DNA of 64,000 nt from an uncultured Pelagibacteraceae bacterium. Lineage in GTDB: Bacteria; Pseudomonadota; Alphaproteobacteria; Pelagibacterales; Pelagibacteraceae. The position numbers were made by a program, and so were the translations under genes. The notes under the pieces were generated by a model. It made no database searches, was not told the origin of the DNA, and saw nothing but the letters and a program-made list of their open reading frames with translations. Location of the stretch: contig CABXRR010000002.1 of assembly GCA_902514695.1 (NCBI GenBank), positions 1,237 through 65,236 on the forward strand, written 5' to 3'. Positions within the stretch are counted from its first letter, which is position 1. Every line of letters starts with the position of its first letter. Shown one piece after another: positions 27,015 through 36,983 of the stretch.

Positions 27015-28361
27015 ATGAGCTCAGAAAACCGTACTTCAGTTCCAAATTCATTAAATGAACATTGGATGCCATTTACATCTAATAAAGATTTTAAACAAAA
27101 TCCAAGATTAATTACTGAAGCAAAAGGTGTTTATTTAAAAACACACCATGGAAAAACACAGATTGATGCAAGCTCAGGATTATTTTGCAATCCATTAGGC
27201 CATGGAAGAAAAGAAATTACAGAGGCGGTAACTAAACAGCTAGATACATTAGATTATGCTCAGCCTTTCCAACAAGGTTTTGGCGGTTCATTTGAACTAG
27301 CAACAAGAATTTCAAAACATACTCCAGGTAATTTAAACAAAATGTTTTATACGATTTGTGGATCAACAGCTGTTGAGACAGCAATAAAAATTGCTGTTGC
27401 TTATCATAGAGCAAAAGGAAACGCTCATAGATTTAGATTTGTAGGGAGAGAAAGAGGCTATCACGGTATGAATATCGGCTGTGTTTCAGTAGGAGGCATG
27501 GTTAATAATGTTAAAACTTTTGCTAGTATTTTAATGCCGGGTGTTCAACACATGAGACACACACATTTACCTGAACATAAATTTGTAAGTGGCCAACCAG
27601 AGACAGGTGGTGATTTAGCAATGGATTTAGAGAGAATAGCAAGTAATTTTGGTCCTGAAAATATAGCAGCATGTATTGTTGAACCTATAGCTGGTTCTAC
27701 TGGAACTTTAGTTCCACCAAAAGGATATTTACAAAAGTTAAGAGAAATTTGTAATAAACATGGAATACTTTTAATTTTTGATGAAGTAATAACTGGTTGG
27801 GGAAGAACAGGATCATCTTTCGCTGGTCATGAGTTTGGTGTTACGCCAGATATAATGACAATGGCAAAGGCAACTACGAATGGTGTAGTGCCAATGGGCG
27901 TTGTTGCTTGTAAAGATGAAATTTACGATGCTGTAATGGATGCATCTCCAATGGGATCAGTTGAACTATTTCACGGTTATACTTATTCAGGAATTCCAGT
28001 TGCTGTTGCTGCAGCATTAGCTGTTCAAGATATTTTTGAAAAAGATGATATTTTTAATAGAGCTAAAAACTTAGCTCCATATTTCCAAAAAGGTTTATTT
28101 TCTCTTCAAGACTTAGAGTCAGTAGAAAACATAAGAGGCTATGGAATGATGGGTGGAATTGATATGAAAATGAAAGGTAAACCTGGTAAAGCTGGCTTTG
28201 AATGTTTCAAAGCATGTTATGAGGCAGGTGTTAATTTTAAAGCTACAGGAGATTGTTTAATTATAGCTCCACAATTTATCTGTGAAGAAAAACATATTGA
28301 TGAGATTATTGATAAATTAAGAACAGGTATCACTAACTATCAAAAGAACCAAAAAAACTAA
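27015..28361 (+). CDS. Class III PLP omega-amino acid:pyruvate aminotransferase (taurine/beta-alanine type)
   Basis: HWMPFT, GSTAVETA, YHG, VEP, FDEVITGWGRTG, PDIMTMAK, HGYTYSG; divergent from tauA and followed by ald. Confidence 0.85.
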   Translation: MSSENRTSVPNSLNEHWMPFTSNKDFKQNPRLITEAKGVYLKTHHGKTQIDASSGLFCNPLGHGRKEITEAVTKQLDTLDYAQPFQQGFGGSFELATRISKHTPGNLNKMFYTICGSTAVETAIKIAVAYHRAKGNAHRFRFVGRERGYHGMNIGCVSVGGMVNNVKTFASILMPGVQHMRHTHLPEHKFVSGQPETGGDLAMDLERIASNFGPENIAACIVEPIAGSTGTLVPPKGYLQKLREICNKHGILLIFDEVITGWGRTGSSFAGHEFGVTPDIMTMAKATTNGVVPMGVVACKDEIYDAVMDASPMGSVELFHGYTYSGIPVAVAAALAVQDIFEKDDIFNRAKNLAPYFQKGLFSLQDLESVENIRGYGMMGGIDMKMKGKPGKAGFECFKACYEAGVNFKATGDCLIIAPQFICEEKHIDEIIDKLRTGITNYQKNQKN

Positions 28362-28406
28362 CTACTTTATATTTTTAGTATCTATAGTTAACAGAGAGAG
28401 AGACCA

Positions 28407-29525
28407 ATGCGTATAGGCATACCAAAAGAAATTAAACCTCAAGAAAATAGAATAGGATTAACACCCGAAAGTGTAAAAACTTTGGTGTCGGAAGGACACG
28501 AGGTTTTAGTTGAAAATAATGGTGGCTTTGAAGCGGGTTTTGAAAATGATCAATATACAAATGCAGGTGCAAAGATTGTAGATAAAGCATCCGATATATT
28601 TAATGATGCTGAAATAATAGTAAAAGTAAAAGAACCTCAAAAAGTTGAGGTAGACATGATTAGAGAAAATCAAATTGTTTATACTTATCTTCATTTGGCT
28701 GCTGCAAAAGAATTAACTGAAGGATTAATTAAATCAAAAAGTATTAATATTGCTTATGAAACAGTAACAGATGATAATGGTAGACTTCCATTACTTGCAC
28801 CAATGAGTGCAGTAGCAGGTCGTATGTCGGTTCAAGCCGGAGCACATTGTTTAGAAAAAAATCAAAAAGGTAGAGGCCTTCTATTAGGTGGTGCACCTGG
28901 TGTAACTGGTGGAACAGTTGTAATTTTAGGTGGTGGAGTAGTTGGAGAAAATGCTGCTGTTATAGCAACAGGTATGCAGGCAAAAGTTCATATTGTTGAT
29001 AAATCAGAAGCAAGATTAAAACAGTTGGTCCAAATGTTTGGTGATAAGATTATTCCAGAACAAAGTGATAAAATAGATTTAAATAAATTAGTAGCCGAGG
29101 CAGATTTATTAGTTGGTGGTGTTTTAATTCCAGGAGCTGAAGCACCGAAATTAGTAACTAAAGATATGTTAAAATTGATGAAAAGAGGATCTGTAATAGT
29201 TGATGTTGCAATAGATCAAGGAGGATGTGTTGAAACAAGTAAACCAACAACTCACGGTAATCCAACATATATAGTTGATGATGTTGTCCATTATTGTGTA
29301 GCTAACATGCCTGGTGGAGTTCCAAGAACCTCAACACTTGCATTAAATAAAGCAACTCTTCCTTATTTAGTAAAATTAGCAAATCAAGGTTATCAAAAAG
29401 CTTTAGGTGAGGATAAAAACTTTTTAGCAGGATTAAATGTTCACAAAGGGCATGTGACCTATAAAGCGGTTGCAGATGTATTTGGACATCAATATGTTGA
29501 CCCGGGAGAAGCAATCAAAAATTAA
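28407..29525 (+). CDS. ald: Alanine dehydrogenase
   Basis: GIPKEIK..ENR, YLHLAA, PMSAVAGR, DVAIDQGG, HYCVANMPG. Confidence 0.95.
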   Translation: MRIGIPKEIKPQENRIGLTPESVKTLVSEGHEVLVENNGGFEAGFENDQYTNAGAKIVDKASDIFNDAEIIVKVKEPQKVEVDMIRENQIVYTYLHLAAAKELTEGLIKSKSINIAYETVTDDNGRLPLLAPMSAVAGRMSVQAGAHCLEKNQKGRGLLLGGAPGVTGGTVVILGGGVVGENAAVIATGMQAKVHIVDKSEARLKQLVQMFGDKIIPEQSDKIDLNKLVAEADLLVGGVLIPGAEAPKLVTKDMLKLMKRGSVIVDVAIDQGGCVETSKPTTHGNPTYIVDDVVHYCVANMPGGVPRTSTLALNKATLPYLVKLANQGYQKALGEDKNFLAGLNVHKGHVTYKAVADVFGHQYVDPGEAIKN

Positions 29526-29529
29526 TTAA

Positions 29530-31974
29530 ATGAAAAAGAAATTACCAAATAGCACAAAAGTTGTTGTTATTGGTGGTGGTGTAGTTGGTTGTTCTGTTGC
29601 TTATCACTTAGCAAAATTTGGATGGAAAGATACAGTTCTTTTAGAAAGAGACCAGCTTACTTCAGGAACAACTTGGCATGCAGCAGGACTTGTAAGTCAA
29701 TTAGGTCCTTCAGCAGCAATAACCAAAATAAGAAAATATACTTTAGACTTATATAAGGAACTTGAAAAAGAAGTTGATCATTCTGCAGGTTTAAGACTAA
29801 ATGGTGCACTTTCAATTGCACAAAATAAAGGAAGGTGGCAAGAACTTCAAAGACAAGCAACAACAGCTCAACTTTATGATGTTGATGTAAGAATTTTAGA
29901 TAAAGATCAAATTAAAAAAGATTACCCAATAATTAATACTGATGAAATTATTGGTGGAATTTTAATGCCAGGCGATGGTGCTGCTGATCCATCAGGGGTC
30001 ACTCACATGCTAGCTAAGGGAGCAAGAAAACATGGGGCACAAATTTTTGAAAAATCACCAGTTGATGAAATATTAACTAAAGATGGAAAAATTTCGGGAG
30101 TAAAGGTTAATGGTCAAAAAATTGATTGTGAATATATTGTTCTAGCATCTGGTATGTGGTCTAGACAAATTGGTGAAAAAACAGGAGTAAGTATTCCACT
30201 TTATCCTGCTGAACATTTTTATATTATAACTGAGCCCATAGAAAATCTTTCCAAGAATTTACCAGTTGTGAGAGATTTTGATAATCGAACTTATATCAAA
30301 GAAGATGCTGGTAAAATATTAGTTGGTATTTTTGAAGGAAATTCAATTCCTGCATGGGATAAGACTAATAAAGTACCAGAGAATTTTTCTTTTGGTGAAT
30401 TTCAAGAGAATTTTGAGCATTTTGAACCTTATTTAGCAACTGCAATAAAAAGATTTCCAGTATTAGAAACTGCAGGTATTAGAAAATTTTTCTCAGGACC
30501 AGAGTCATTTACACCAGATACAAATACTTTATTAGGTGAAGTCCCAGAAATTAAAAACTTTTTTGTATGCTGTGGATTAAATAGCATTGGAATAGGAAGT
30601 GGAGGAGGTGTTGGTAAAGTAACAGCAGAATGGTTGATGACTGGTCATATAAATGAAGATATTTTTAGTTACGATATTAAAAGATTTCAAAAATTTCACT
30701 CAGAGCTGGGATTTATTAAAAATAGAATTACAGAGTCATTAGGTGATTTGTATGGAATGCACTGGCCATTTAAACAACATAAAACTTCTAGAAACATTAA
30801 AACTCTTCCTCATCACGATAATTTAAAAAGTTTTGGTGCATGCTTTGGAGTTTCAGGAGGATACGAAAGACCTATGTGGTTTGCTTTAGACGGAGAAAAA
30901 GCTGAATATGAATACAGCTATAATTATCAAAGTTGGTATCCTTCTGCGGAATATGAAACCAATAACACCATTAAAAACGTTGGTTTGTATGACTTAACTC
31001 CATTTTCTAAATTTGAAATAAAGTCAGATAAAGTACATCAAGAATTACAAAAAATTTGTACAGCTAACATTAAAAATGAATCTGGAAAGTGTGTTTACAC
31101 CCATATGCTTAATCCTGATGGGGGCATAGAGACAGATTTAACAGTGGTTTGTGTTGAGAAAAATTATTTTAGAATAATAAGTTCCGCCGCGACAAGGGAA
31201 AGAGATAAATTTCATATTAAAAAGCACCTTTCAAAAGATATTAAAATTAAAGATGTTACTGATGATTTATGTGTATTTGGATTGTTTGGTCCAAAAAGTA
31301 GAGATTTAATAAAAACGATATCCAATGATAATTTTGATAATGATAATTTTAAATTTGGCACAGCAAAAAATATCACAATTGAAGGTGTGAAAATTTGGGC
31401 TCAAAGATTGTCTTATGTAGGGGAATTAGGTTATGAATTATATGTTGAAATTAATGATGCAAAAAAAATATACGAACTACTTATAGAAAAAGGTAAAAAT
31501 TTTAATCTTTCAAATTGTGGTATGCATGCAATGGATATTATGCGAATGGAAAGTGGGTTTTTACATTGGGGACATGATATTTCACCTGAAGAAAACCAAT
31601 ATCAAGCAGGTTTAGCTTTTACTATTAGCAATAAAAAAGATTTAGATTTTATAGGTAAACAAGCATTAGAAAAAATTAAAAAAGATAAAATAAAAAGTAG
31701 ATTTGCAATGTTTACTTTAAAAGATAGTGAACCAGGCAAACCTTTGTTGCTTCATGATGAACCTATTTATATTGATAATAAAATTATAGGAAGATCAACT
31801 TCAGGAAATTACTCATTTAATTTTAAAAAGAATTTAGTTTTTGGCTATATTGAAAACAATTTATCTAATGAGGAGCTTCAATCTAAAAATTTGTTTATAG
31901 AAGTAGAGAAACGAAAATATCCTATCTCGATCCAGTTAGGGCCCCTAAAACGAACAGACTTCAAAAATCTTTGA
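29530..31974 (+). CDS. Sarcosine/dimethylglycine dehydrogenase family (FAD + GcvT domains)
   Basis: IGGGVVG, GTTWHAAG, GPESFTPD, GYERP, SYVGELGYE, RMESG. Confidence 0.88.
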   Translation: MKKKLPNSTKVVVIGGGVVGCSVAYHLAKFGWKDTVLLERDQLTSGTTWHAAGLVSQLGPSAAITKIRKYTLDLYKELEKEVDHSAGLRLNGALSIAQNKGRWQELQRQATTAQLYDVDVRILDKDQIKKDYPIINTDEIIGGILMPGDGAADPSGVTHMLAKGARKHGAQIFEKSPVDEILTKDGKISGVKVNGQKIDCEYIVLASGMWSRQIGEKTGVSIPLYPAEHFYIITEPIENLSKNLPVVRDFDNRTYIKEDAGKILVGIFEGNSIPAWDKTNKVPENFSFGEFQENFEHFEPYLATAIKRFPVLETAGIRKFFSGPESFTPDTNTLLGEVPEIKNFFVCCGLNSIGIGSGGGVGKVTAEWLMTGHINEDIFSYDIKRFQKFHSELGFIKNRITESLGDLYGMHWPFKQHKTSRNIKTLPHHDNLKSFGACFGVSGGYERPMWFALDGEKAEYEYSYNYQSWYPSAEYETNNTIKNVGLYDLTPFSKFEIKSDKVHQELQKICTANIKNESGKCVYTHMLNPDGGIETDLTVVCVEKNYFRIISSAATRERDKFHIKKHLSKDIKIKDVTDDLCVFGLFGPKSRDLIKTISNDNFDNDNFKFGTAKNITIEGVKIWAQRLSYVGELGYELYVEINDAKKIYELLIEKGKNFNLSNCGMHAMDIMRMESGFLHWGHDISPEENQYQAGLAFTISNKKDLDFIGKQALEKIKKDKIKSRFAMFTLKDSEPGKPLLLHDEPIYIDNKIIGRSTSGNYSFNFKKNLVFGYIENNLSNEELQSKNLFIEVEKRKYPISIQLGPLKRTDFKNL

Positions 31975-32826
31975 TTAAGTTTGTCTTCTTAAAATAAGAA
32001 CAAAAATTACTGAGGTTATCATCATGATTAGTGCATAAGCTGCAGTTGGAACCATATAAGTCATATTGTTACCAAACAATTGTATTCCTACAAAAACTGC
32101 CAAAGTTCCATTTTGAAGTCCAGCTTCTAAAGATATACATCTTCTTTGAGCAACTCCAGTAGTGAAAAATTTAGCTATATAAAAAGCTACGATCATCATT
32201 GTAATATTTAAGGTTAAAGCAATTGCTCCAGCTTTTGTTATGAACATCACAATGCTATCCCATTCTTCAATATAGATAGCAATAAAAACAACACAAAATA
32301 ACCCAATAGATATTTTATTAATAATTTTCATATTGTTTTCAATTAAATTACCCCACAGCTTTCTCAAAATCATTCCAATTATTACTGGAACTGTTACAAC
32401 AAAAAACATCTTCAAAGATATACTAAGCATTGAAACTTCTTTTTTGACGTACGTAATGTCAAATAATTCAATTGATAAAAAAACTACATAAGGAACAGAT
32501 ACGATACTTATCAAACTAGTAATTGCTGTTAAAGATATTGAGAGAGCCACATCTCCATTAGCAAATTTTGTTAGTACATTTGAAGTTACTCCACCAGGAG
32601 CTGCTGCAATTAACATTACACCTAATGCTAATTCAATTGGAGTTTTAAAAATAATTATTAAACAATATGCAACAATTGGAAGTAATACTAGTTGACAAAA
32701 TATGCCAACAAAAAAATCTTTAGGATTTGAAGCTACTCTTGTGAAATCTTTTACAGTCAAAGATGCACCTAATCCCAACATGATTAGTGCTAATGCAACC
32801 GGCGCTATCGTTGTTACTATACCCAT
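31975..32826 (-). CDS. Bile acid:Na+ symporter (BASS) family transporter
   Basis: IMLGLG, APGGVTSN, GDVALS, EAGLQN motifs. Confidence 0.9.
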   Translation of the reverse strand: MGIVTTIAPVALALIMLGLGASLTVKDFTRVASNPKDFFVGIFCQLVLLPIVAYCLIIIFKTPIELALGVMLIAAAPGGVTSNVLTKFANGDVALSISLTAITSLISIVSVPYVVFLSIELFDITYVKKEVSMLSISLKMFFVVTVPVIIGMILRKLWGNLIENNMKIINKISIGLFCVVFIAIYIEEWDSIVMFITKAGAIALTLNITMMIVAFYIAKFFTTGVAQRRCISLEAGLQNGTLAVFVGIQLFGNNMTYMVPTAAYALIMMITSVIFVLILRRQT

Positions 32827-32888
32827 GACCCCTCTGTGTAATATTAACAGGTATAATTTAGAAGATTTTTACAAATTAATAAAGAAGT

Positions 32889-33875
32889 TTAAGAAATAGT
32901 TAAAAGATTGAGTGTCTTCCGTAAAAATTTTGCTTTATTTCTGAAAACTTTTCTTTGATAAGGAAGAATTTTATCAATGTTATACCCTGTCATAACATAT
33001 TGTTTTTTATCATTAAGTTTTAAGAATCCATTACTCACTAAATATTTACATTTTCTAATTACTGTTGCTCTTGGAATATTCGTCATGTCAGATAAAGACA
33101 TAGCACTAACGCCAGTTGTTTTTCCATGTTCTTGACCTAATACAAGAGCTTTGTTAAATGTCATATAGTCTGGAGTTAAACTGTCTACGTTTGATTCGTT
33201 TAAATTTTTTTCGTAATTAAAAGCTTGGTTCATAGCCACTGTTCCCCAAACGTGAAAGGTTGATACATCCTCAAACATTTCATGGTAACCAATGATCATA
33301 GGAATTTGCATTCTATAAAACCATCTCCAACATAAACTAAAGTTTTTTTTAATCGTATTTTCAATTAATTTTGCATCAAGTTTTTTGAAATAAATTTTAT
33401 CTTTATTAAAAACTTCAGAAATTTTATAAATATATTTAGACGTTAACTTTATTTGCCTTTCTGGTTTCACTTGAGAAAAAACATTTCGATCAATTATTAA
33501 TTGTTTTTTAATTCGTTTTAAAACACCTAATTTTTCTAGTTCTAAAACTTTTCTTCTAACAGTTTCTTTAGGTAATTGGAGTTTTTCACAAAGTTCTGTA
33601 ATACTAAATTTTTCTATTTGAAGATTTGGTTTTGAATAAAATTGATCAAAAGAATATTGAATATTCATTTGATCATAAAATTGTAAAGTTTTTTCAACTA
33701 AAGAAATTACAATCAAGTATTTATAATGATCGTTAAAAGCCTTATATACATTATTCATCCAGCTCCACTGATGAACAATCCAGTCCCTTCCTAGCTGATC
33801 ATAACTAGCCATCATATGATCATAAACCTGATCATCATTTAGGACTTTTGAAAAATCTATCTCTCTTAAGCTCAT
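32889..33875 (-). CDS. Protein with two winged-helix-turn-helix repeats, putative transcriptional regulator
   Basis: SITELCEKLQLPKETVRRKVLELEKLG and SAMSLSDMTNIPRATVIRKCKYLVSNG. Start reassigned from 33935 to the ATG at 33875 (MSLREIDF) because the upstream part overlaps a promoter-like region. Confidence 0.7.
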   Translation of the reverse strand: MSLREIDFSKVLNDDQVYDHMMASYDQLGRDWIVHQWSWMNNVYKAFNDHYKYLIVISLVEKTLQFYDQMNIQYSFDQFYSKPNLQIEKFSITELCEKLQLPKETVRRKVLELEKLGVLKRIKKQLIIDRNVFSQVKPERQIKLTSKYIYKISEVFNKDKIYFKKLDAKLIENTIKKNFSLCWRWFYRMQIPMIIGYHEMFEDVSTFHVWGTVAMNQAFNYEKNLNESNVDSLTPDYMTFNKALVLGQEHGKTTGVSAMSLSDMTNIPRATVIRKCKYLVSNGFLKLNDKKQYVMTGYNIDKILPYQRKVFRNKAKFLRKTLNLLTIS

Positions 33876-33987
33876 AGTTGTAAAAGTGTGATAAGAAACC
33901 CAAAATGGACAGGTGTCAATCAAATAGTGACCCACTTTGAACTCGTAACAAATTGATAGGTGAATTTGATTATGATCTATTTAATTT

Positions 33988-34218
33988 ATGACTACTAAAG
34001 GCTTTACAGATAATAATACTAATATCGAGACCCCAAATGATATTGGAGTTTCTGAAAAGCCTTTAAAAACTGAAAAAATCATCTCAAATAGAGTAGATAT
34101 AAATGTTTTAAAATCAAAACTTCAGGAAACTGAAAGTAAAGAATTTAAAAAAAATGTTTATATACTTTCCTCACTTATTTTGGCACTTGGTGTTCTAGGA
34201 ATTTATCTCTCTTTATAA
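33988..34218 (+). CDS. Small C-terminally anchored membrane protein (DINVL motif)
   Basis: VDINVLKSKL..ESKEFKK followed by a C-terminal TM helix. Confidence 0.7.
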   Translation: MTTKGFTDNNTNIETPNDIGVSEKPLKTEKIISNRVDINVLKSKLQETESKEFKKNVYILSSLILALGVLGIYLSL

Positions 34219-34232
34219 CTAAATTTGCAAAT

Positions 34233-34466
34233 ATGAAAAATAAATGGTTAAATAAAGATGTGAAAAATACTACTCAGATCATTAAAGATAAACTAGTTTC
34301 AAAATATTTTGAGAAAGACGCACCTAAAAATTTATCAAAAAGCACTGATATTAACGTTTTATTAAATAGAGTTAGAACTAACCAAAAAAACGAGTCTAGA
34401 AAAAAACTGTATTTTTCTGCGGCAGCATCCTCTGCATTAGTTTTGTTTGGATTAATAATTTTTTAA
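34233..34466 (+). CDS. Small C-terminally anchored membrane protein (DINVL motif), paralog of the preceding gene
   Basis: TDINVLLNRV..QKNESRKK followed by a C-terminal TM helix. Confidence 0.7.
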   Translation: MKNKWLNKDVKNTTQIIKDKLVSKYFEKDAPKNLSKSTDINVLLNRVRTNQKNESRKKLYFSAAASSALVLFGLIIF

Positions 34467-34562
34467 TCAAAATCAACTTATTTTCCCTAAAATATAAGCA
34501 TATAGTTCATTAATTGATATTGAATCAAAATATTAAACTATTATAAATCATGCTTTACAAAA

Positions 34563-34639
34563 GGCGGGGTAGCTCAGTTGGTTAGAGCGCGGGACTCATA
34601 AGCCCGAGGTCAGTGGTTCGATCCCACTTCCCGCTACCA
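34563..34639 (+). tRNA. tRNA-Met (CAT), elongator type
   Basis: GGCGGGG/TCCCGCT acceptor stem, TAGCTCAGTTGGTTAGAGC D-arm, CTCATAA anticodon loop, GGTTCGATCC T-arm, encoded CCA; no C1:A72 mismatch, so not initiator. Confidence 0.93.
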
Positions 34640-34640
34640 A

Positions 34641-35168
34641 TTAATGACCAGGAAACTCTATTAAATTTTCTATTTTATAGTGATTTTTAATTAATTTATC
34701 ACATCCACCAAGATCAAATAAATTTATTACAAAAATAAAAGCTGCAACCTTACCTTTTGACATTTCTATCAATTTTGCTGCCGCTTCTGCTGTACCGCCT
34801 GTAGCTATTAAATCATCAATAATTAGAACATTTTCATTTTTTTCAATAGAGTCTTTGTGCACCTCAATTGTTGCAGTTCCATACTCTAATTCAAAATCTA
34901 TAGAGTGAACATCTGCTGGTAGTTTATTTTTTTTTCTGAGCATAATGAAAGGCTTTTTTAATAAATATGAGACAGCTGAGGCAAAAACAAATCCTCTAGA
35001 TTCAATTGCAGCTATTTTATCAAATTTAAATTTTTTTGATTTATCAACTATTTGATTAACTGTTTCGGCAAAAGCTTTTTCATCTTTTATTAGAGTTGTA
35101 ATATCTCTAAATAAAATCCCTTTTTTTGGGTAATCTGGGATAGATCTAATAAAATCTTTTAAATTCAT
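34641..35168 (-). CDS. apt: Adenine phosphoribosyltransferase
   Basis: PDYPKKGILFRDIT, IESRGF, LEYG, IIDDLIATGGT. Confidence 0.95.
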   Translation of the reverse strand: MNLKDFIRSIPDYPKKGILFRDITTLIKDEKAFAETVNQIVDKSKKFKFDKIAAIESRGFVFASAVSYLLKKPFIMLRKKNKLPADVHSIDFELEYGTATIEVHKDSIEKNENVLIIDDLIATGGTAEAAAKLIEMSKGKVAAFIFVINLFDLGGCDKLIKNHYKIENLIEFPGH

Positions 35169-35205
35169 TATAGTTTTTTATATATATAATAATAAAATCT
35201 TTTAT

Positions 35206-36078
35206 ATGACAATTAATAAATTAGCAATTATTGGTGGTAGTGGTTTATATGATGTTGAGGAGTTTAAAGATAGAGAATTATTAGATTTAAAAACCCCATG
35301 GGGAAAACCCTCAGATCAAATTTTAAAAACTAATTATAATAATAAAGATGTGTATTTCTTACCAAGACATGGAAGAGGCCATGCTATTTCACCAAGCAAA
35401 ATAAATTTTAGAGCAAATATAGATGCCCTTAAACAACTGGGTGTTACAGATATAGTTTCAGTCTCAGCAGTAGGTTCTTTAAAGGAAGATCTTCCACCTG
35501 GTAAATTTGTTATTATTGATCAGTTTATTGATAGAACTTTTGCAAGAGAAAAAACTTTTTTTGACGAGGAAATTGTTGCTCATGTGTCAATGGCCCATCC
35601 AACTTCTAATGGTTTGATGAATGCATGTGAAGAAGCAATTAAAAAAGAAAAAATAGAATATCAACGAAATGGAACGTATGTTGTTATGGAAGGTCCACAA
35701 TTTTCTACACTAGCAGAATCGAACTTATATCGATCATGGAAAGCCGATGTAATTGGAATGACTAATATGCCAGAGGCAAAATTAGCAAGAGAAGCAGAAA
35801 TCAGATACGCGTCTGTTTCAATGGTCACAGATTATGATTGTTGGCATCCAGATCATGAAAATGTTGATGTTCAACAAGTAGTAAAAGTTTTATTAGGTAA
35901 TGCTGCTAAGGCAAAAAATATGATTAAGAACTTAATAGAAAATTTTGAAAATCATATTGATCCTAAGGATCCAACAAATAATTGTTTAGATGTAGCAATA
36001 ATTACTGCACCAGAAAAAAGATCACAAAAAACTAAAGATAAATTAAAATCAATTGCAGGAAGGGTGCTTAATAAATGA
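35206..36078 (+). CDS. mtnP: 5'-methylthioadenosine phosphorylase
   Basis: IIGGSG, PRHG, EGPQFST, GMTNMPE, TDYDCW. Confidence 0.93.
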   Translation: MTINKLAIIGGSGLYDVEEFKDRELLDLKTPWGKPSDQILKTNYNNKDVYFLPRHGRGHAISPSKINFRANIDALKQLGVTDIVSVSAVGSLKEDLPPGKFVIIDQFIDRTFAREKTFFDEEIVAHVSMAHPTSNGLMNACEEAIKKEKIEYQRNGTYVVMEGPQFSTLAESNLYRSWKADVIGMTNMPEAKLAREAEIRYASVSMVTDYDCWHPDHENVDVQQVVKVLLGNAAKAKNMIKNLIENFENHIDPKDPTNNCLDVAIITAPEKRSQKTKDKLKSIAGRVLNK

Positions 36079-36983
36079 AAAAAATTGTAGCAATATCAAT
36101 TATTATTTTTTTTAATACGAATGTCTTCGCTGAAAAAATGACTAAGAGTGGATTTTTGACTGATAAAGTTAGTTATTTAAAAGAACAAAAAATAGATAAT
36201 CCACGAAATAAAATTCTTTTAATTTATAATCATGGTCAAACTACTCACGATGGACCTTCTAGTGATTGTGCATGGAAGGGAGGAATGAATAATATGTCAT
36301 CTTTAGTAGGAAAAAAGGTTAAAGATAAAGAGATAGTTGTTTACCTTTTTTGTACAGGCAAACTTAAAGGAGATGATTATAAAAGATTATGGAATAAAAA
36401 AAAATTTTCAGAGCCATATAAAGGTAAGCCGAAGCTTGAAAAAAGATTAGATGCAAATTTAAAACTTATTGAGGATTTTACTGCTCAAGGATTTAATAAA
36501 AAACATATATTTTTAACTGGACGATCATGTGGTGGATGGATGACAATGATGTTGCTTAGCAGATATCAAGATATTGTAGCTGGAGGTATTTCTTTTGTAC
36601 CTGAATGTTATGGTCGTTTAACAAAAGCGTACAAAGTTAAAAAAGTTGGAGTAGAGGATGCTTTAAAAAAATTTAAGGAAAAAGATGGCCTTGGTCCAGC
36701 CAATATGAGACAAAAGCAAATTGATGAAATTAAAAAAAGCCCAAATTTACCTGTATTAGTTTTTACCCATCCTAAAGATCCATATGGGGGATTAGTATCA
36801 GATTGGGTTGAAGAGATCTCTGGTGTTAAAAGAATAGTTATTTCTCAGGATAACAAGATTAATGGAAAAAAGTGTAGTGTATGGGGAAAACCAATAAAAA
36901 ATTATCATGATATGGACAGAGCTAATTGTTTTAAAGAATTTAATCCAAAAATTTTAGATTTTATTGCTTCAAGAGTTGATTAA
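36075..36983 (+). CDS. Secreted alpha/beta-hydrolase-fold protein
   Basis: Signal peptide, YNHG oxyanion motif, GRSCGG nucleophile elbow, Asp (KDPY) and His (YHD). Confidence 0.65.
   Translation: MKKIVAISIIIFFNTNVFAEKMTKSGFLTDKVSYLKEQKIDNPRNKILLIYNHGQTTHDGPSSDCAWKGGMNNMSSLVGKKVKDKEIVVYLFCTGKLKGDDYKRLWNKKKFSEPYKGKPKLEKRLDANLKLIEDFTAQGFNKKHIFLTGRSCGGWMTMMLLSRYQDIVAGGISFVPECYGRLTKAYKVKKVGVEDALKKFKEKDGLGPANMRQKQIDEIKKSPNLPVLVFTHPKDPYGGLVSDWVEEISGVKRIVISQDNKINGKKCSVWGKPIKNYHDMDRANCFKEFNPKILDFIASRVD

Noticed and set aside
34563-34660. tRNA-Met as a possible integration site
   Set aside because: No integrase, and I saw no duplicate of the tRNA 3' end; apt follows immediately.
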